Below the pieces are notes generated by a model. That model worked only from the letters and a program-made list of their open reading frames with translations. It was not told the origin of the DNA and searched no databases. Source: Epithemia pelagica (taxonomy: Eukaryota > Protista > Bacillariophyta). From it: a stretch of 64,000 nt of DNA. The position numbers and the translations under genes are program-made. Shown here piece after piece: positions 20,563 through 32,443 of this stretch. Positions within the stretch are counted from its first letter, which is position 1, and every line of letters begins with the position of its first letter. The stretch spans positions 2,666,001-2,730,000 of the forward strand of contig OX337239.1 in NCBI GenBank assembly GCA_946965045.2, written 5' to 3'.

Positions 20563-23500
20563 ATGTCAACACAACCGACGATGGCAGAACAAGAGGAGAC
20601 ACCCCCGGCTCATCCCACACAAGCAGAGAACCCAGACCCTCCACCTGCACAGCAAGACGAGAACCCACCCGCTGCTTTAGCCCCCCAAGGGAACAACAAT
20701 CAACAGAATAGGCAACACCCTACCCAAGCCCAACGAACCGAAGCAATTCATCAAGAAATCAAGAAAGAGAAAGACTATGTCCCCTTCCTCAAAAGTCCAC
20801 CGAGAGAGCATTTCAAGAATCTGAATACCTACTGGGGAACAGTGAGACACTTGGACTTTTGCCAGTTAACAGAATTACAAGCAAGACTTGACACCAAAGA
20901 AGTTAGCAAAATGGAAGGTATTTCTCGATGCTTTGCTGTACTCAACCAAGCATCAAAAGAGGACCAAACAGCACCCAAAAAGTCATGGGGATCCATATGT
21001 AAGCGTCTTGTGGTGTGCCCGATTTGCTTTGAAGACCCAGACAAGTCTTTTTTCGCCTCTACCATCCTCTGTGGTGTCAGCAAGCAGAAGAAAAGTGGCT
21101 CCTCTTCGAATGTTAGCCAACATATGGATTCTTTCCATCCGCATGTGAAAGAAGAAATGGAACGAAAAAAAAATTGGACCGAAGTCCAATGTAGAAAGCA
21201 ACCAACCACTTATGACATCCTACAAGGGTTCCATGATGTCAAAGGACGAGGCTAGAATCAAGTTTCAACAATCAATCTACCAGTTTGTCAACGACAACGG
21301 CTTACCCACTTCAACAGTGGAAAAGAAGTCCTTCCGAGCTATGCTGGAATTCGCCATTCTTAACGCCCAGAAGCTGTCGACAAAAGATTGTGTCATGAGC
21401 AACAAAGCCATCATACGCAAGCAACTTGATTCCTACAACAATTTTCTCCAAACTGTTTCCTCCCTATGCCTGAATGTCCGGATGGCCTACAAGCTAATTT
21501 GTGGCAAAACAATTCCCTTCGCCACAATTTGTCATGACATATGGCAAGGCCATCGAAAAGACATCCTTGGATTGTGCCTAATGCTGATTGACCCCAGGAA
21601 TTGCGTGTTTTACAAGATTCCCGTAGGTCTCTGCGAAACAGACGGCCACACAGCAGCCCAAGTGGCGACCCATACACTAAAAATCCTCACAACCATTGGA
21701 ATTACGCAGTCTGACCTCTCCTCTTCCGTAAACGACAATACAAATTCGGCAGTCCTTGCCGGAAAGTACATTGTGGGAAATCAGACTGGAGGAAAGTGCG
21801 ATATGCATCGTGCGGAATTAATTCTTAAGCACGCCACCGGCTTGGCTGTACGACGAAGGGGGGGAAGGGTAATCGACCAGTTTCCCGGATTTGTGGACAC
21901 ATACAAGAAAGCCTTGAAGTTAGCTTCAATCCTGATGACGAAGAGAAAGAAGAGATTCCAGGCATTGAGGGACTACGCAACAAAAAATCACCAAGTTGTA
22001 GTGGAGATCCGTATGCCGAACACAACCAGGGTTCTCGGATGCGCTCTCACATTCCATGATCTCCTACGTGATAAGTACGTCATGGATGACTACAATTCAC
22101 AAGAGTTTTCTGTAGACAAAGACTTCCGCGAGAATTATCTGTCCAAGGAGGACTGGCAGGCCATAGCAGAATTCGAAGGAATTCTTTCTCCACTCAAGAA
22201 ATGCGCCATGTCCTTACAAGCAGACGATCCTTCCTCTGCTGCAGGCTCTTTGCTGGAAATCTTTGGTTGCCATCATGGAATCAAATACACAAAGACAACG
22301 GTGTCTCTGTTCTGCTTGTGAACCCCACAGAACTAGACACAGAGTTCCAACGTTGGGATGCCAGGTTAACCATAGAGAAACTCCGTTCAAAAAGGAAAAA
22401 TATCAAGTTTGCAGATTTACTGCCCGCCTCACGGATGCTTATTAACCGGCTTCTACGTGAATTTCGCACCTACATGATGAATGGTGACGACGTCCATGCA
22501 GAGAATGCTATCTGCGGTCATCCGTTTCTCTGCTACATGGCACCGTACATCCTGAAAAAAATCAAGATCTACGACGACTACGACGTCTCCAGAATCCAAA
22601 AACAATTTGTTGATGACATGGTAGCAAAGTTTTCCACTCCTGAAAGGTTGGCAATGAATGGACCAGCCCCAATGGCCGGGACAGCCAATGAGGAGGTTGT
22701 AGATATAGAAGACGACGACTCGGATGATGACGATGTGTTCAATATTTTTTGGAATCATGGAGAGAATGAAGACAGCACGTCCGTGGAAAACAACAATCTT
22801 AACACGTTGGACGAGCAGAAGAAGAGCTTTAGAGAACAATGTAACAACGAATTCAAGGGGTTCAAGGATTACTGTCAGCGCATTATCCACAGTTCCTGGG
22901 AATCGTTGATTAGGGAGTATCCCACCGTTCTTTTTTCTGAAAAGTCACCAAAATGGACGCCTCAAGAAAAGAAAAAGTTCAGACGGGCATGTAATGATCA
23001 AGATTTCAACAGTGCGGGCAAGTATTTTGATGTCTTACAGTGGTGGCAGGCGAACAAGAGTAATTTCAGGATGATTTTCCCAAGTGCCCTCGTGTGGCTC
23101 TCGAAGCCTTCTACAAACGCTTTCCAAGAGAGGATATTTTCTTTCTCCTCATGGTTTGATAGCAATAGATTGATGAGGAACGAGCTCAAGAAACATTTCG
23201 AGATTCGCACCATGGAGATGGTAACAAGAAAGGTTCGTGGAGAGATTGAGGTTAATGAAATGACCCTGAAAAAGAAATCTCAACACACCACAGAGAACGA
23301 GGACGAACCGCAAACCAGGGGTAAGGCCGAGGAGCAAGCTAGGAGTAATGCCACACAGCGCCAGATAAGTCAACAGGAGCAACTGCAGAATCAACAAAGA
23401 ACAGCTTCAAGCCAAGAGAGAGACGAGGCCCAGGCCGAAATAGAGGCGGAAGTAATCTCCGTGGTTGATGACGATGACGATGAAGACAACAATGGAACTG

Positions 23501-24327
23501 ACAACGGCAGTGGCGAAGATAATGAAGAACAAAATGAAGCTGTTGAGGAACATGAGCAGGGAACCGATGAAGTCTCGGTATGGGGTTCCATTGCTGAAGG
23601 GACCACTTAAGGTCATATGAAACGTCTGAAAACCATTTTGAAGGGTGTAAAAGATATGCAGAAGCACCACAAGGCCCGGGAACAAATTGAACTTGATGAA
23701 GACGAAGGGAACAATGGGATTGTTGGTTCAGAATACGAATACAAATGCAGTGATTCTAATCTGGATTTGGTACAAAAATTCGATGACGTAGTGCTCATTG
23801 ATATAGTGGACGAAGGGGACAAGGAACAAATGGAATGCATGGGTCGTCTTGGGAAAGACAAGGACCCATTTCAGTCAGATAGTGATGCTTGCATCATTGA
23901 GGCGGTCAAACTACAACAAATGAACTTGATGGCTGGTTCTAGTATTTCTGCATCTTCAAATCGAACAATGAATCCCACTACATCGACGACAGATCAAGGC
24001 AACAGTACCAGTGCAAGTGTTCAAGGAAGTGTGACAGGAATCGTTTCGACGACAACTCCTGCTACACACAGTACCACACCAACAACCCAAAGATCCACCA
24101 CCTCATCAAAAAGGAAGGCAACAACTCAAACGAGTGCATCTTCCAAAAGAGTGCGCCAACAATCCATTCAAGAATCGGCATCTCGAACAAAGTCCAAGTC
24201 CAAATCGTCGAGAGCAAAGAAACCACCTCCTGCAGAACACATCGGAGAGCAGCAAGAAGAACAACGACAACGACAACGATGGACAAGTCCGCGACGCCGC
24301 ACCAATAACAGTAATGAAGACCACTGA
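20563..24327 (+). pseudogene. hAT transposase (BED-like Zn finger, DDE core, dimerisation region), disrupted
   Basis: CPIC...SNVSQHMDSFH (BED-like); CHDIWQ; DNTNSA; CDMHRAEL; FDVLQWWQ...PSTNAFQERIFS. Frameshift at the A9 run near 21165-21173, a second frameshift near 22290, and an in-frame TAA at 23608-23610 before 23617-24327. Confidence 0.85.
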
Positions 24328-24470
24328 TAAATACAGAACATGACGGAACAGAAAACGAAAAAGACTACATACGACTACATACGAGAACGACTACATACAA
24401 GATACATGCGAGAACCAAAAAGAAAAAGAACAAACAAGGAAAAAGAGATAGTAACTAATAAGAAATTGAC

Positions 24471-25322
24471 TCATGAGGAACTGCAATAGGACCGATACAA
24501 ATGAAGGAAATTGTTGTGTAGGTTGTAGATCTCTTTGCTGTCTAAGAGTTTCTTCTTATGGTCTTTGTCAAGACGACGGACTGTGAAATCCATCTGGATT
24601 TCTGAACATTGGTGACGTGTCTTTGGGTCTTGTATTAGTTGCCCGAGCGCTCCAAACATTGGGTTGACCCATTCCCAGTACTCCTTTGGAATCCAAGACT
24701 CCAACAAAGCCGAGCACATGTCTGGGTCGTTGCATGATTTGGGGATCCATCCCAGGGCTCGAGAGCAGCGATGTACATGCACATCAGTTGGAATTCCGTC
24801 AATTCTTTGAAATGCAAATGCCAAGACAATTGTGGCAGTCTTGTACCCAACCCCATGCAGACACGTTAGTTCTTGCACCGTAATGGTTTCTGGTATAATT
24901 CCAGAATGCCGTTGGATGAAGTAGTCTGCTGCGTTGACGATAGCCTCAGCATTCTTATAATATAGACCAGTCTCTGCCAATAGGGAACATACAGCGTCCA
25001 TCCCATAGTTGAGTGCAATGTCACTGGTTGCCCGACTAGAGACAAACCCACATTGGAACAAAGTGGGTACCACTTTAGCTAATTGTTTGTCGCTTGTGCT
25101 GGAACTCATAAGAATCACAACCAAGCACATGAAGGCTCGGTCGGATTCTGGTGAGAGATGGTCGTTAATCCAGTCTTCCCAACTGTCTCTTGGAGCTTCC
25201 AGACCTTTGGAAAGGAAATGTTCATGAAGCTTTTTCAAATACTGCAAGTCAACAACCCTCTTTCTCAAAGTCTGTTCAGATATTGTGGGGGGCAACTTTT
25301 TGTTTTGTTGTACAAGGAGAGA
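24471..25322 (-). CDS. Cargo: endonuclease III (Nth)-like HhH-GPD DNA glycosylase/AP lyase lacking the 4Fe-4S motif
   Basis: LVVILMSSSTSD, GLYYKNAEAI, HhH LHGVGYKTA (catalytic Lys), IPTDVHVHRCSRALGW (catalytic Asp), WIPKEYWEWVN. No C-terminal Cys cluster. The frame opens at 25322 with no ATG, so the true start is upstream (frameshift or intron from 25265-26527). Confidence 0.85.
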   Translation of the reverse strand, partial: SLLVQQNKKLPPTISEQTLRKRVVDLQYLKKLHEHFLSKGLEAPRDSWEDWINDHLSPESDRAFMCLVVILMSSSTSDKQLAKVVPTLFQCGFVSSRATSDIALNYGMDAVCSLLAETGLYYKNAEAIVNAADYFIQRHSGIIPETITVQELTCLHGVGYKTATIVLAFAFQRIDGIPTDVHVHRCSRALGWIPKSCNDPDMCSALLESWIPKEYWEWVNPMFGALGQLIQDPKTRHQCSEIQMDFTVRRLDKDHKKKLLDSKEIYNLHNNFLHLYRSYCSSS

Positions 25323-26527
25323 TCATTGGGTTTCAAACGAACAGGTTGACCAGGCATGTGTCGAATATTGTTCTTATCTTTGTAGCAGATTTGTCGCCTT
25401 GCTCTGGATGCTTTAATGATGAGTTTGGCGGCGGTGGCATATTGTTTGCGAGTCATAATCTGAGAATATGGTGGGTTGCTGTGTTTGGCAACAGAAGATC
25501 GCTTTGTCGGAGTGTCAGGCTTTGGCTTTGCAACAGCGATTTCTTGTGATGATGAGTTGTGTTTTGCATTGACTGGAGATGGTTTTGTCGATTGAGATGG
25601 TGATGTGGGTGGAGATGGTCCATCAATGGGGAAGGAATCAGCAGGTACAATCAAATCTGGAGGAGTAGTTACTGGAGTAGACAGAATGGTTGGATCTCCT
25701 TGGGATATAATCTTGTTGGATATTTGGGACAACATTGATGTAGCAATGCATTGTAAGAGAGGATCGATAGAGACTGGGTGAATTGTTCTGTTGTGTGATG
25801 TAGAAACAGAAATGAGTGCATCACGATGTATCATCCACTCCAGAGTATAGTCTTCCATCGATTGAACATTGAGGTCTTCTTGAGTATCAATTTGCCCATT
25901 CAACAATACATATTCAATTGCTTCTTTGTATCCAATGTCTTTGGTGCCGACTTCATACATAGGTTGACAGCTGCAGTGGAGGTGCAATACTGGGAAATCA
26001 TCTTTAGGCCGGCTCATTTTGAACTTGGGGTTGCTCAACAGGAAGTTGGTGGGAATTTCTTGCGAGGTATATAAACCATGGTGAACCAGTAATGAGATAA
26101 GGTAGATGGATTGGTCCATAGAAAGAGATGGCTTGATCTGACATGGATGGCTTGTCAGAATATCAAGAGAGCACGAAGTGTAGCGAATTGAAGCATCTTC
26201 TCGAATGAGCCAAACAAGAATGGTGTCTTGTATTGCTTCCATTCTCAAATCAAAAGACATGGTTGACAAGTCTGGGAGTTCTTCTCGAATGAATTTGAAA
26301 AATGAGTGTGGAGCTTGAGAGAGAGAAACAACAGGAGAGCATATGCTTGACAAAGATATTGTTGGGCGACAACTACTTGGGTATTGTTGGGAGCTCATTG
26401 AGACAATAGGTACGATAAAATGTGACGACTGAGAGTATACGATGTACAATGGTGTAAGATGGAAGACATCAGGAATATGGACAAGCTCCACAAAGGAGTG
26501 TGTTGCTGTTTGTCGATACTGAAACAT
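25265..26527 (-). CDS. Cargo ORF of unknown function, probably the N-terminal part of the glycosylase gene
   Basis: 420-aa ORF overlapping the start of the glycosylase frame by about 58 nt; a G6 run lies at 25287-25292. Confidence 0.5.
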   Translation of the reverse strand: MFQYRQTATHSFVELVHIPDVFHLTPLYIVYSQSSHFIVPIVSMSSQQYPSSCRPTISLSSICSPVVSLSQAPHSFFKFIREELPDLSTMSFDLRMEAIQDTILVWLIREDASIRYTSCSLDILTSHPCQIKPSLSMDQSIYLISLLVHHGLYTSQEIPTNFLLSNPKFKMSRPKDDFPVLHLHCSCQPMYEVGTKDIGYKEAIEYVLLNGQIDTQEDLNVQSMEDYTLEWMIHRDALISVSTSHNRTIHPVSIDPLLQCIATSMLSQISNKIISQGDPTILSTPVTTPPDLIVPADSFPIDGPSPPTSPSQSTKPSPVNAKHNSSSQEIAVAKPKPDTPTKRSSVAKHSNPPYSQIMTRKQYATAAKLIIKASRARRQICYKDKNNIRHMPGQPVRLKPNDLSLYNKTKSCPPQYLNRL

Positions 26528-26619
26528 ACAGGCGTACCTAACATCTTCTTAGTTGTATGTTGTACGACTATAATGGTGGAGAAAGGATAAGGAGTACAGT
26601 GTGTGACTGTGAGTCATAA

Positions 26620-26830
26620 TTCAGAGAATGAATGGAATTTGTGAATGTGTAATTCATTTGTTCTGAATGGTGGTGTGAATTGGGAATGATTCATTCAATT
26701 CAAATTCGTTCGAAAAGGGAATTGGGATTGGAATTTAATTCCAATTGGTTCGAAAAGGGAATTGGGGATTGAATTCAATTCAAAGGGTATGAAATAGGGG
26801 AATAGTAAAGTTAAGTGAATTTATTGATTG
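26620..26830. repeat. Right subterminal GAATTG/GGGAATT array of the hAT
   Basis: Inverted counterpart of 20030-20290, including a duplicated TTCGAAAAGGGAATTGGG. Confidence 0.6.
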
Positions 26831-27246
26831 TAAACATAATTGACTTTGGTAATTAAGTTCATTTACTATCCGTAAATTTGTACACTTTCAAGATTATTTC
26901 AATTGTGTATATGTCGTGAAGTGAATCGTTAATTCTTAATTTAATTCTAAACTGATTGGAAAAGTGAATAATCAATCTACATTCAAGTTTAGATGGCACA
27001 TAAAATGACTTCCAGACCCTGATTGCACCCAAAGAAGATCCCAAGAGGTTTGCAAGGCTACGTCGACGTTTGTTGAGATAGTCAGAATGACTACTCCCAA
27101 CAAACAAACTTGGACGATTCGGCCAAATTCCAACCACCGCGAGAAATTGTGCGCACAAAATGGTCTACGAGCACATTTCCCAGACGCGAGGAACTTTTCC
27201 AACACACACAAACATACATCATTTCTCGATAGAAGAAAGAGAAAAA

Positions 27247-28865
27247 ATGACTGGGCGTTACTCCTCCTCCAAAGGTAGAACCACCCTGTTTGTGTGTTTG
27301 GCATTGGTTGCCAGCGCAACGTTGGTATGGCAGTTCCAACTGGGGCTGGAATTGTCCCTCCCGGTGGCGGATTCTTCCTCCTTGTCCAGTAACCTTGTTG
27401 CGCTAGAGTGGGACCGTCCTGTTCGGGTGGACCCCAACGATCCCACAACCCCTGCCGTCGTCCAAATCGAGCATCCTGCCGCAGCCAACAGCAACACACA
27501 CAACAACAACAAACACAAGAACAACAAGACAGTGTGGTGGCCCCGTTCCTTGATTCACGATGAGACCTTGGAGTGGGATTCGCATGTGTACCGTCCCTGG
27601 TTGGATCTGAATGCACCATCTCCTCCCGCCGTAATTTTGCTCACGAGTTTTGGATGGAATCATGTCAATCAAAAATGGGCCTTGACCATTCCTCGCAGTA
27701 TTCGGGAAACCGAACTGCTTACGGGTGTCATTAACCACCCTTGGTTCCATCCAACGCTATGGGAGGAATTGGACCAGGCCCAAGGAAACCTTACATCAAC
27801 AACAACAAAGCTACCTCCCAATACACGCATCTACATTTTTCTTGATCGACAACAATGTGGCGACTCCAATTATCCTGTCTATGGTAAGGGTCAGGAACCA
27901 AATATGGATGTCCAATTTGGTCGACCCTGGAAGCCTTATTCTGGACGTACTCCCTTTGATAATCCTCTCCTTTCAAGTCTGACTTTCAAAGAGCTCCGAT
28001 CCCGTCATCACTCATTCCAAGCTACGGCCATTTTGTTCAATTGCAATGGTGGGGGTATTCCGGGTGTTTGGAATCCTTACAATCGCATTACAGGATCCCT
28101 CGCGAATGCTTCTTACCTTTCCATTGCCACACTCTCGTCCCTCATTTCTCGTGTCAAGGAAGATCGAGATCAGGGATTGGCACCGCCGATACCCAAACCA
28201 GTGAATTTGACCGATACACAAGTCCAAGATATACACACATGTGCGGCCGAAAACAAGCGGCCATTTTACTTTGTCTACGCTGGCAATTTTCGTTCTGGTG
28301 ACAATGCCGACTTTAATCGCCGTCATGGTGGAGCGCGTGGTTCCTATCGACGCTTTAATGACAATCGACGCATTTTTGTGTCACGGTATTTCAACCGTCA
28401 AGAATTCAACCAATCGGCCTTGTCGAATTACTCGTATCAAGATTTCATGGCCCGGGCCGTCTTTGCCTTGGCGGCACGGGGGGATAACAAGTTTTCGTAT
28501 CGCTTTTCCGAAGTTTTGTCGGCCGGTGCCATACCCGTGGTGCATGCCGATGATTGGGTGTGGCCCTTTCGACCGGAAGTGATCAATTGGACCGAGTGTG
28601 CCGTGATTCTTCCCGAAAAGGATGCCGGCAACACTACCTTGGCGTATTTGGACACGATTTCTCTGGAACAACGCTGTCGCATGCGACAGGCGTGTTATCG
28701 CATTTACAAGGACTACGTCGAAACCACGGTAGGAACCATCAACGGGTTGGTCCAAGGACTCGAGCGTGTGCAGACGCAACAGCAAGGAGGAGGATCGTTG
28801 CTGAAATTACAAGGTGTCCGGTGCGATGAATTTGCTAACGCCAGCCGTGACTGCAATCTCCAACG

Positions 28866-28869
<4 letters not shown>
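27247..28869 (+). CDS. Exostosin-family (GT47-like) glycosyltransferase, type II membrane protein, intronless
   Basis: N-terminal TM segment TTLFVCLALVASATLVW. C-terminal SYQDFMARAVFALAARGDNKFSYRFSEVLSAGAIPVVHADDWVWPF...WTECAVILPEK. ATG at 27247 is the first in-frame ATG preceding the TM segment apart from 27160. Confidence 0.85.
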
Positions 28870-28897
<28 letters not shown>

Positions 28898-29053
28898 AAG
28901 AAGAAGAAGAAGAAGAAGAAGAAGAAGAAGAAGAAGAAGAAGAAGAAGAAGAAGAAGAAGAAGAAGAAGAAGAAGAAGAAGAAGAAGAAGAAGAAGAAGA
29001 AGAAGAAGAAGAAGAAGAAGAAGAAGAAGAAGAAGAAGAAGAAGAAGAAGAAG
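28868..29053 (+). repeat. Perfect (AAG)62 microsatellite
   Basis: 186 bp of uninterrupted AAG, starting within the TAA stop of the GT47 gene. Confidence 0.97.
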
Positions 29054-30267
29054 GAGGACGAGGCGACGGATGAACCCAATCTACCCTATTTTCCTCCATG
29101 TCTACTAGAGGATCATAAAATTTGCTACACAAGAATAACTGGAACGGCGGCAAAAGAAGAACGAGGGGACGGCGGACCCCGATTGTATACAGGAGTTGGG
29201 CATCGACAGGACCAATTTTTGTTTCGTAGAATGACACGAAGAAAATGAGGAATACCCCTTAGCTAAGGTACTTGTAGTATTTGAATTAAATTATTGAAAA
29301 TCTCTACAAAGAGTCAAGCACGCGGAGCTGAAAACTAGTTTGTCGTAGATGTGTGCGTCAACCATTGGTTTTTCAAGAAATCATCCTGCATCCATCACGG
29401 ATGACGCAGACATCAGACCTTGTTTGAGCATGTCAGATACCGATACCATCCTCATCCAATGGCTGATGACGTTAAGAGACCTTTCTGATGAGAATATGGA
29501 GGGGAACACAGCACTGAGACCTAGTTCTGTCTCGTAGGCAACCAAGACAACAGTCAATCAAACACTCTAAAAAATCAAATGGAGAGGATCTCTTGGATGA
29601 TTTCACTCCCAGTAGACTAAACTTCACTCGATCTAACATTCGCTATTCTTGGCTGTGCACAACATATCATGAATCAAAGAGTACGGGTAGCATCCAAACT
29701 CCAAACCTAGCTAGGCAGGCGACTTGTAGCAAAGGGATGGAGAGCCGACGGGCGTGTTGTCCTGTTTAAGACCAAATAACAAAAAATGAAAAAATATAGC
29801 CCCTCAGCAAAGTGGGTCCCATTCCCATGTCCCATTTCCATTTAGGACTTCTACTATTGCATAGAGAGTGACTTGATGCGAGAAGGACTGACTGACTGAC
29901 TGTAACAGTCAGTAGTAAGCTCACTTACGGTTTACTTGTACAATACGATGTTTCCTGCAAAATCTACAACTGACAAGTAAAAAATCCGACAAGACAAAAA
30001 CGGACATAACCACGGAAAAACAGACACTTTGAAACAGTCAGTCTTCCTGACGGCACGACTTAATCTCATTAATCATCACTAGCAACGGCGAGTTCTGCCG
30101 CGAGAGCGAAAGAGCTCATTGCTAATGGATCGGGACGAGAGTTGATGAGCAACGTTGACCAAGCGTTGGATTGCTAACGTGTTGATGCATTCTATCTTAT
30201 TTCTTTCGCGTTTTGTTGTTTGCAGGACCATTTCCTAGCAACAGCATATCTCGATTACAACATCAAA

Positions 30268-31870
30268 ATGCCCTTGTTCAGAATCATGGGCGGCCAACAG
30301 AGCCGGCGAAACAAGAGTAGCGAAAACTCTTCACGTCAATCACAGACGTCTCCTTATCCAACGCAAAGGGCTGCCGCAGCCAATGGCCGGAATACGTACC
30401 TGTGAAACAGAACTGGAGCAACTACTCAGTCTTTGAATAGCGCTCCTTTCAATAGCAATTCTGCCTCTCGACGTTCAACTGGACAGTTCTCACACTCCGC
30501 TGCCCCATCCACAAGTACACACCAGGACGGTTCGAGATCTCAACCAGGTACTGGTGCCCCCACAGATGCAGGAGGCCGAACGCAAACCACAACTAGCGCC
30601 ACAGACGCTACTACTTGCCCTGGAGCCTATCAAGTCACACGAATAACAACCGGTGTAAGTTCAAAAGATGTTCGTCGCCCGCTGCTGGAAAATACGTGTC
30701 TCACCTGTCCCTAGCCTTCCATTGTGTATAGGGTACCTATCCCAAATGGAGTGTCACCAGGGAGCGAGTTTTATGCTCATGTTGGGAATCGCCGTGTTCG
30801 TATTCGATACCCTCAATCTCTCCAAATCACATTACCACCCGCACCCCAAAACCAACACACCATATTGAAAATTGCACCACTTACTGCCGCTCCCGAGGTT
30901 GGAGCAGGAGGAGGTGCAGTTGCCATGACTCCAGAAGTTCGCAAGCTGAACCAACAAGCAGAGGAGAATGGAGGCTCAGCGAAATGTTTTCTTGTTGACA
31001 TTCCACCCAACGTTTTTCCCGGAAGGACGTTCGCGGCAAATGTAGCTGGACAGAGATTTATGGTTACATGTCCGTCAAACGCCGCTCCCAACATGAAAAT
31101 CAGGTTTGTTCCACCGACAGTCGGCGAGGAGCCTCAAGCAGCACCGAAGACACAGGTATTTGAAGTTGCCGTACCAGCGGGAGTATCTCCAGGCCAGACA
31201 TTCACCTTGTTTGCTAATGGGCAGCCTGTTCTTGTTACCTGTCCACCAAATGTCTCCCCAGGACAGAAGACCCGTTTCCAGCTTCCTGTTTCACAGATAG
31301 TTAGCAATATTCAGCTTTCATACGAATCAAACGTTGGGTGGAGACGAATTATACGAGCTACCGACATGAAGTTCCTATGGGTATGTCTCGATAACAAAGA
31401 GGATGATTCCGAAAATGGAGAAGTGGACTTTGCTGGAATGGAGAACGTCGATTTCAGTAGGTTTGCATTCATTCGCAAGCTGTCTTTCTTGGAAGGAAAT
31501 GATGCCCGCGTGTTTCACAGATAGTTAGCAATATTCAGCTTTCATACGAATCAAACGTTGGGTGGAGACGAATTATACGAGCTACCGACATGAAGTTCCT
31601 ATGGGTATGTCTCGATAACAAAGAGGATGATTCCGAAAATGGAGAAGTGGACTTTGCTGGAATGGAGAACGTCGATTTCAGTAGGTTCGCATTCATTCGC
31701 AAGCTGTCTTTCTTGGAAGGAAATGATGCCCGCATGCGTAGGGGGAGACTATCCCTTGTACCAGCCAAAGAAGCAGTTGTGGATTCTCGTCTAGTTGTTA
31801 GAAATGGGACTTTACTGTCTTACGCCGACATTGCTGAACATCAAGGCAAGGCACTTGAAGAAAAAACGAT
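30268..31870 (+). pseudogene. Decayed host-gene fragment with repeated V-x-VP-x-GV-x-PG-x-x-F...CP-x-N-x-x-PG modules (resembles the N-terminus of diatom HECT E3 ligases)
   Basis: YRVPIPNGVSPGSEF, VDIPPNVFPGRTF and EVAVPAGVSPGQTF modules. Stops upstream, a frameshifting tandem duplication, and truncation after GKALEEKT; no HECT domain is present. The family assignment is from recollection and needs a search. Confidence 0.45.
31287..31734 (+). repeat. 224-bp tandem duplication
   Basis: 31287-31510 is repeated at 31511-31734. One internal difference (TTTGCA versus TTCGCA) plus the last base. Confidence 0.95.
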
Positions 31871-32095
31871 CATACCGACCTTGTCAAAATTGCAACAGAA
31901 GTATCTTATTCGTTGTGGTCTTCAGCACCAAGAAAGTTGGAATATGGAAGCTTAACATGATTGTTCGAAAAGAATTATTATACACCCATCAATTTGAAAT
32001 GGAATATAAGTATGCTGAGCAGTATGCCCGTTCCATGTTTCTTGTTTTAATGATCTCACCATGTTTCGTCGAATTGTCTTCCATAATTTCTCGAG

Positions 32096-32443
32096 ATGAT
32101 AAGTACAAGAGGCGCCACACAGCAAAGCCGATGCCTGTTGCCTTCAGAGAGGAATTGTCACTATAAAGACACTCAGGAGACCTTGGAAAGGAAGAGGGAA
32201 CAGCGATTGAAAGAGATAAATCGTCAAAACAGGGATCGGAATAAAGAAAACAAAGACATCAATGGGAGTACAGAATCAAAAGAAGAGGAAGAGAGATTGA
32301 ATCCTAGTGCGAAGAGTGATGATATCCATCCACTGTCTGTAACGACGGGGTCAGGGATTGAAATTCGAGAAATTCGAGTATGGATAGGACGCGCCATTTG
32401 GGAGCTGGAACTGAGAAAGGTAACCAATGGACCTTTGTTTTGA
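32096..32443 (+). pseudogene. Orphan fragment homologous to the accessory ORF at 58871-59305
   Basis: TRGATQ...PSERNCHYK...RLKEINRQNRDRNKEN versus TRGTTQ...PSERNIHYK...KLKEINRQNKERNKEN. Confidence 0.6.

Larger units (their letters stand above)
19959..27021 (+). mobile_element. 7.06-kb hAT DNA transposon with DNA glycosylase cargo
   Basis: 16-bp TIRs CAGGGTCTGGAATTCA (19959-19974) and TGACTTCCAGACCCTG (27006-27021) match at 15/16. Perfect 8-bp TSD ATTGCACC at 19951-19958 and 27022-27029. Confidence 0.95.

Noticed and set aside
24471-25322. The glycosylase as a DEMETER/ROS1 orthologue
   Set aside because: It lacks the Fe-S cluster and the large DME-specific domains, and its motifs are closer to Nth. 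5mC activity remains only a hypothesis.
28713-29248. Poly-Lys, poly-Phe and poly-Ser ORFs
   Set aside because: They are translations of the (AAG)62 microsatellite; there is no evidence of coding.
29889-29915. ACTGACTGT-A-ACAGTCAGT hairpin
   Set aside because: A real 9-bp palindrome, but it is built on a short ACTG repeat in intergenic DNA with nothing to support a function.
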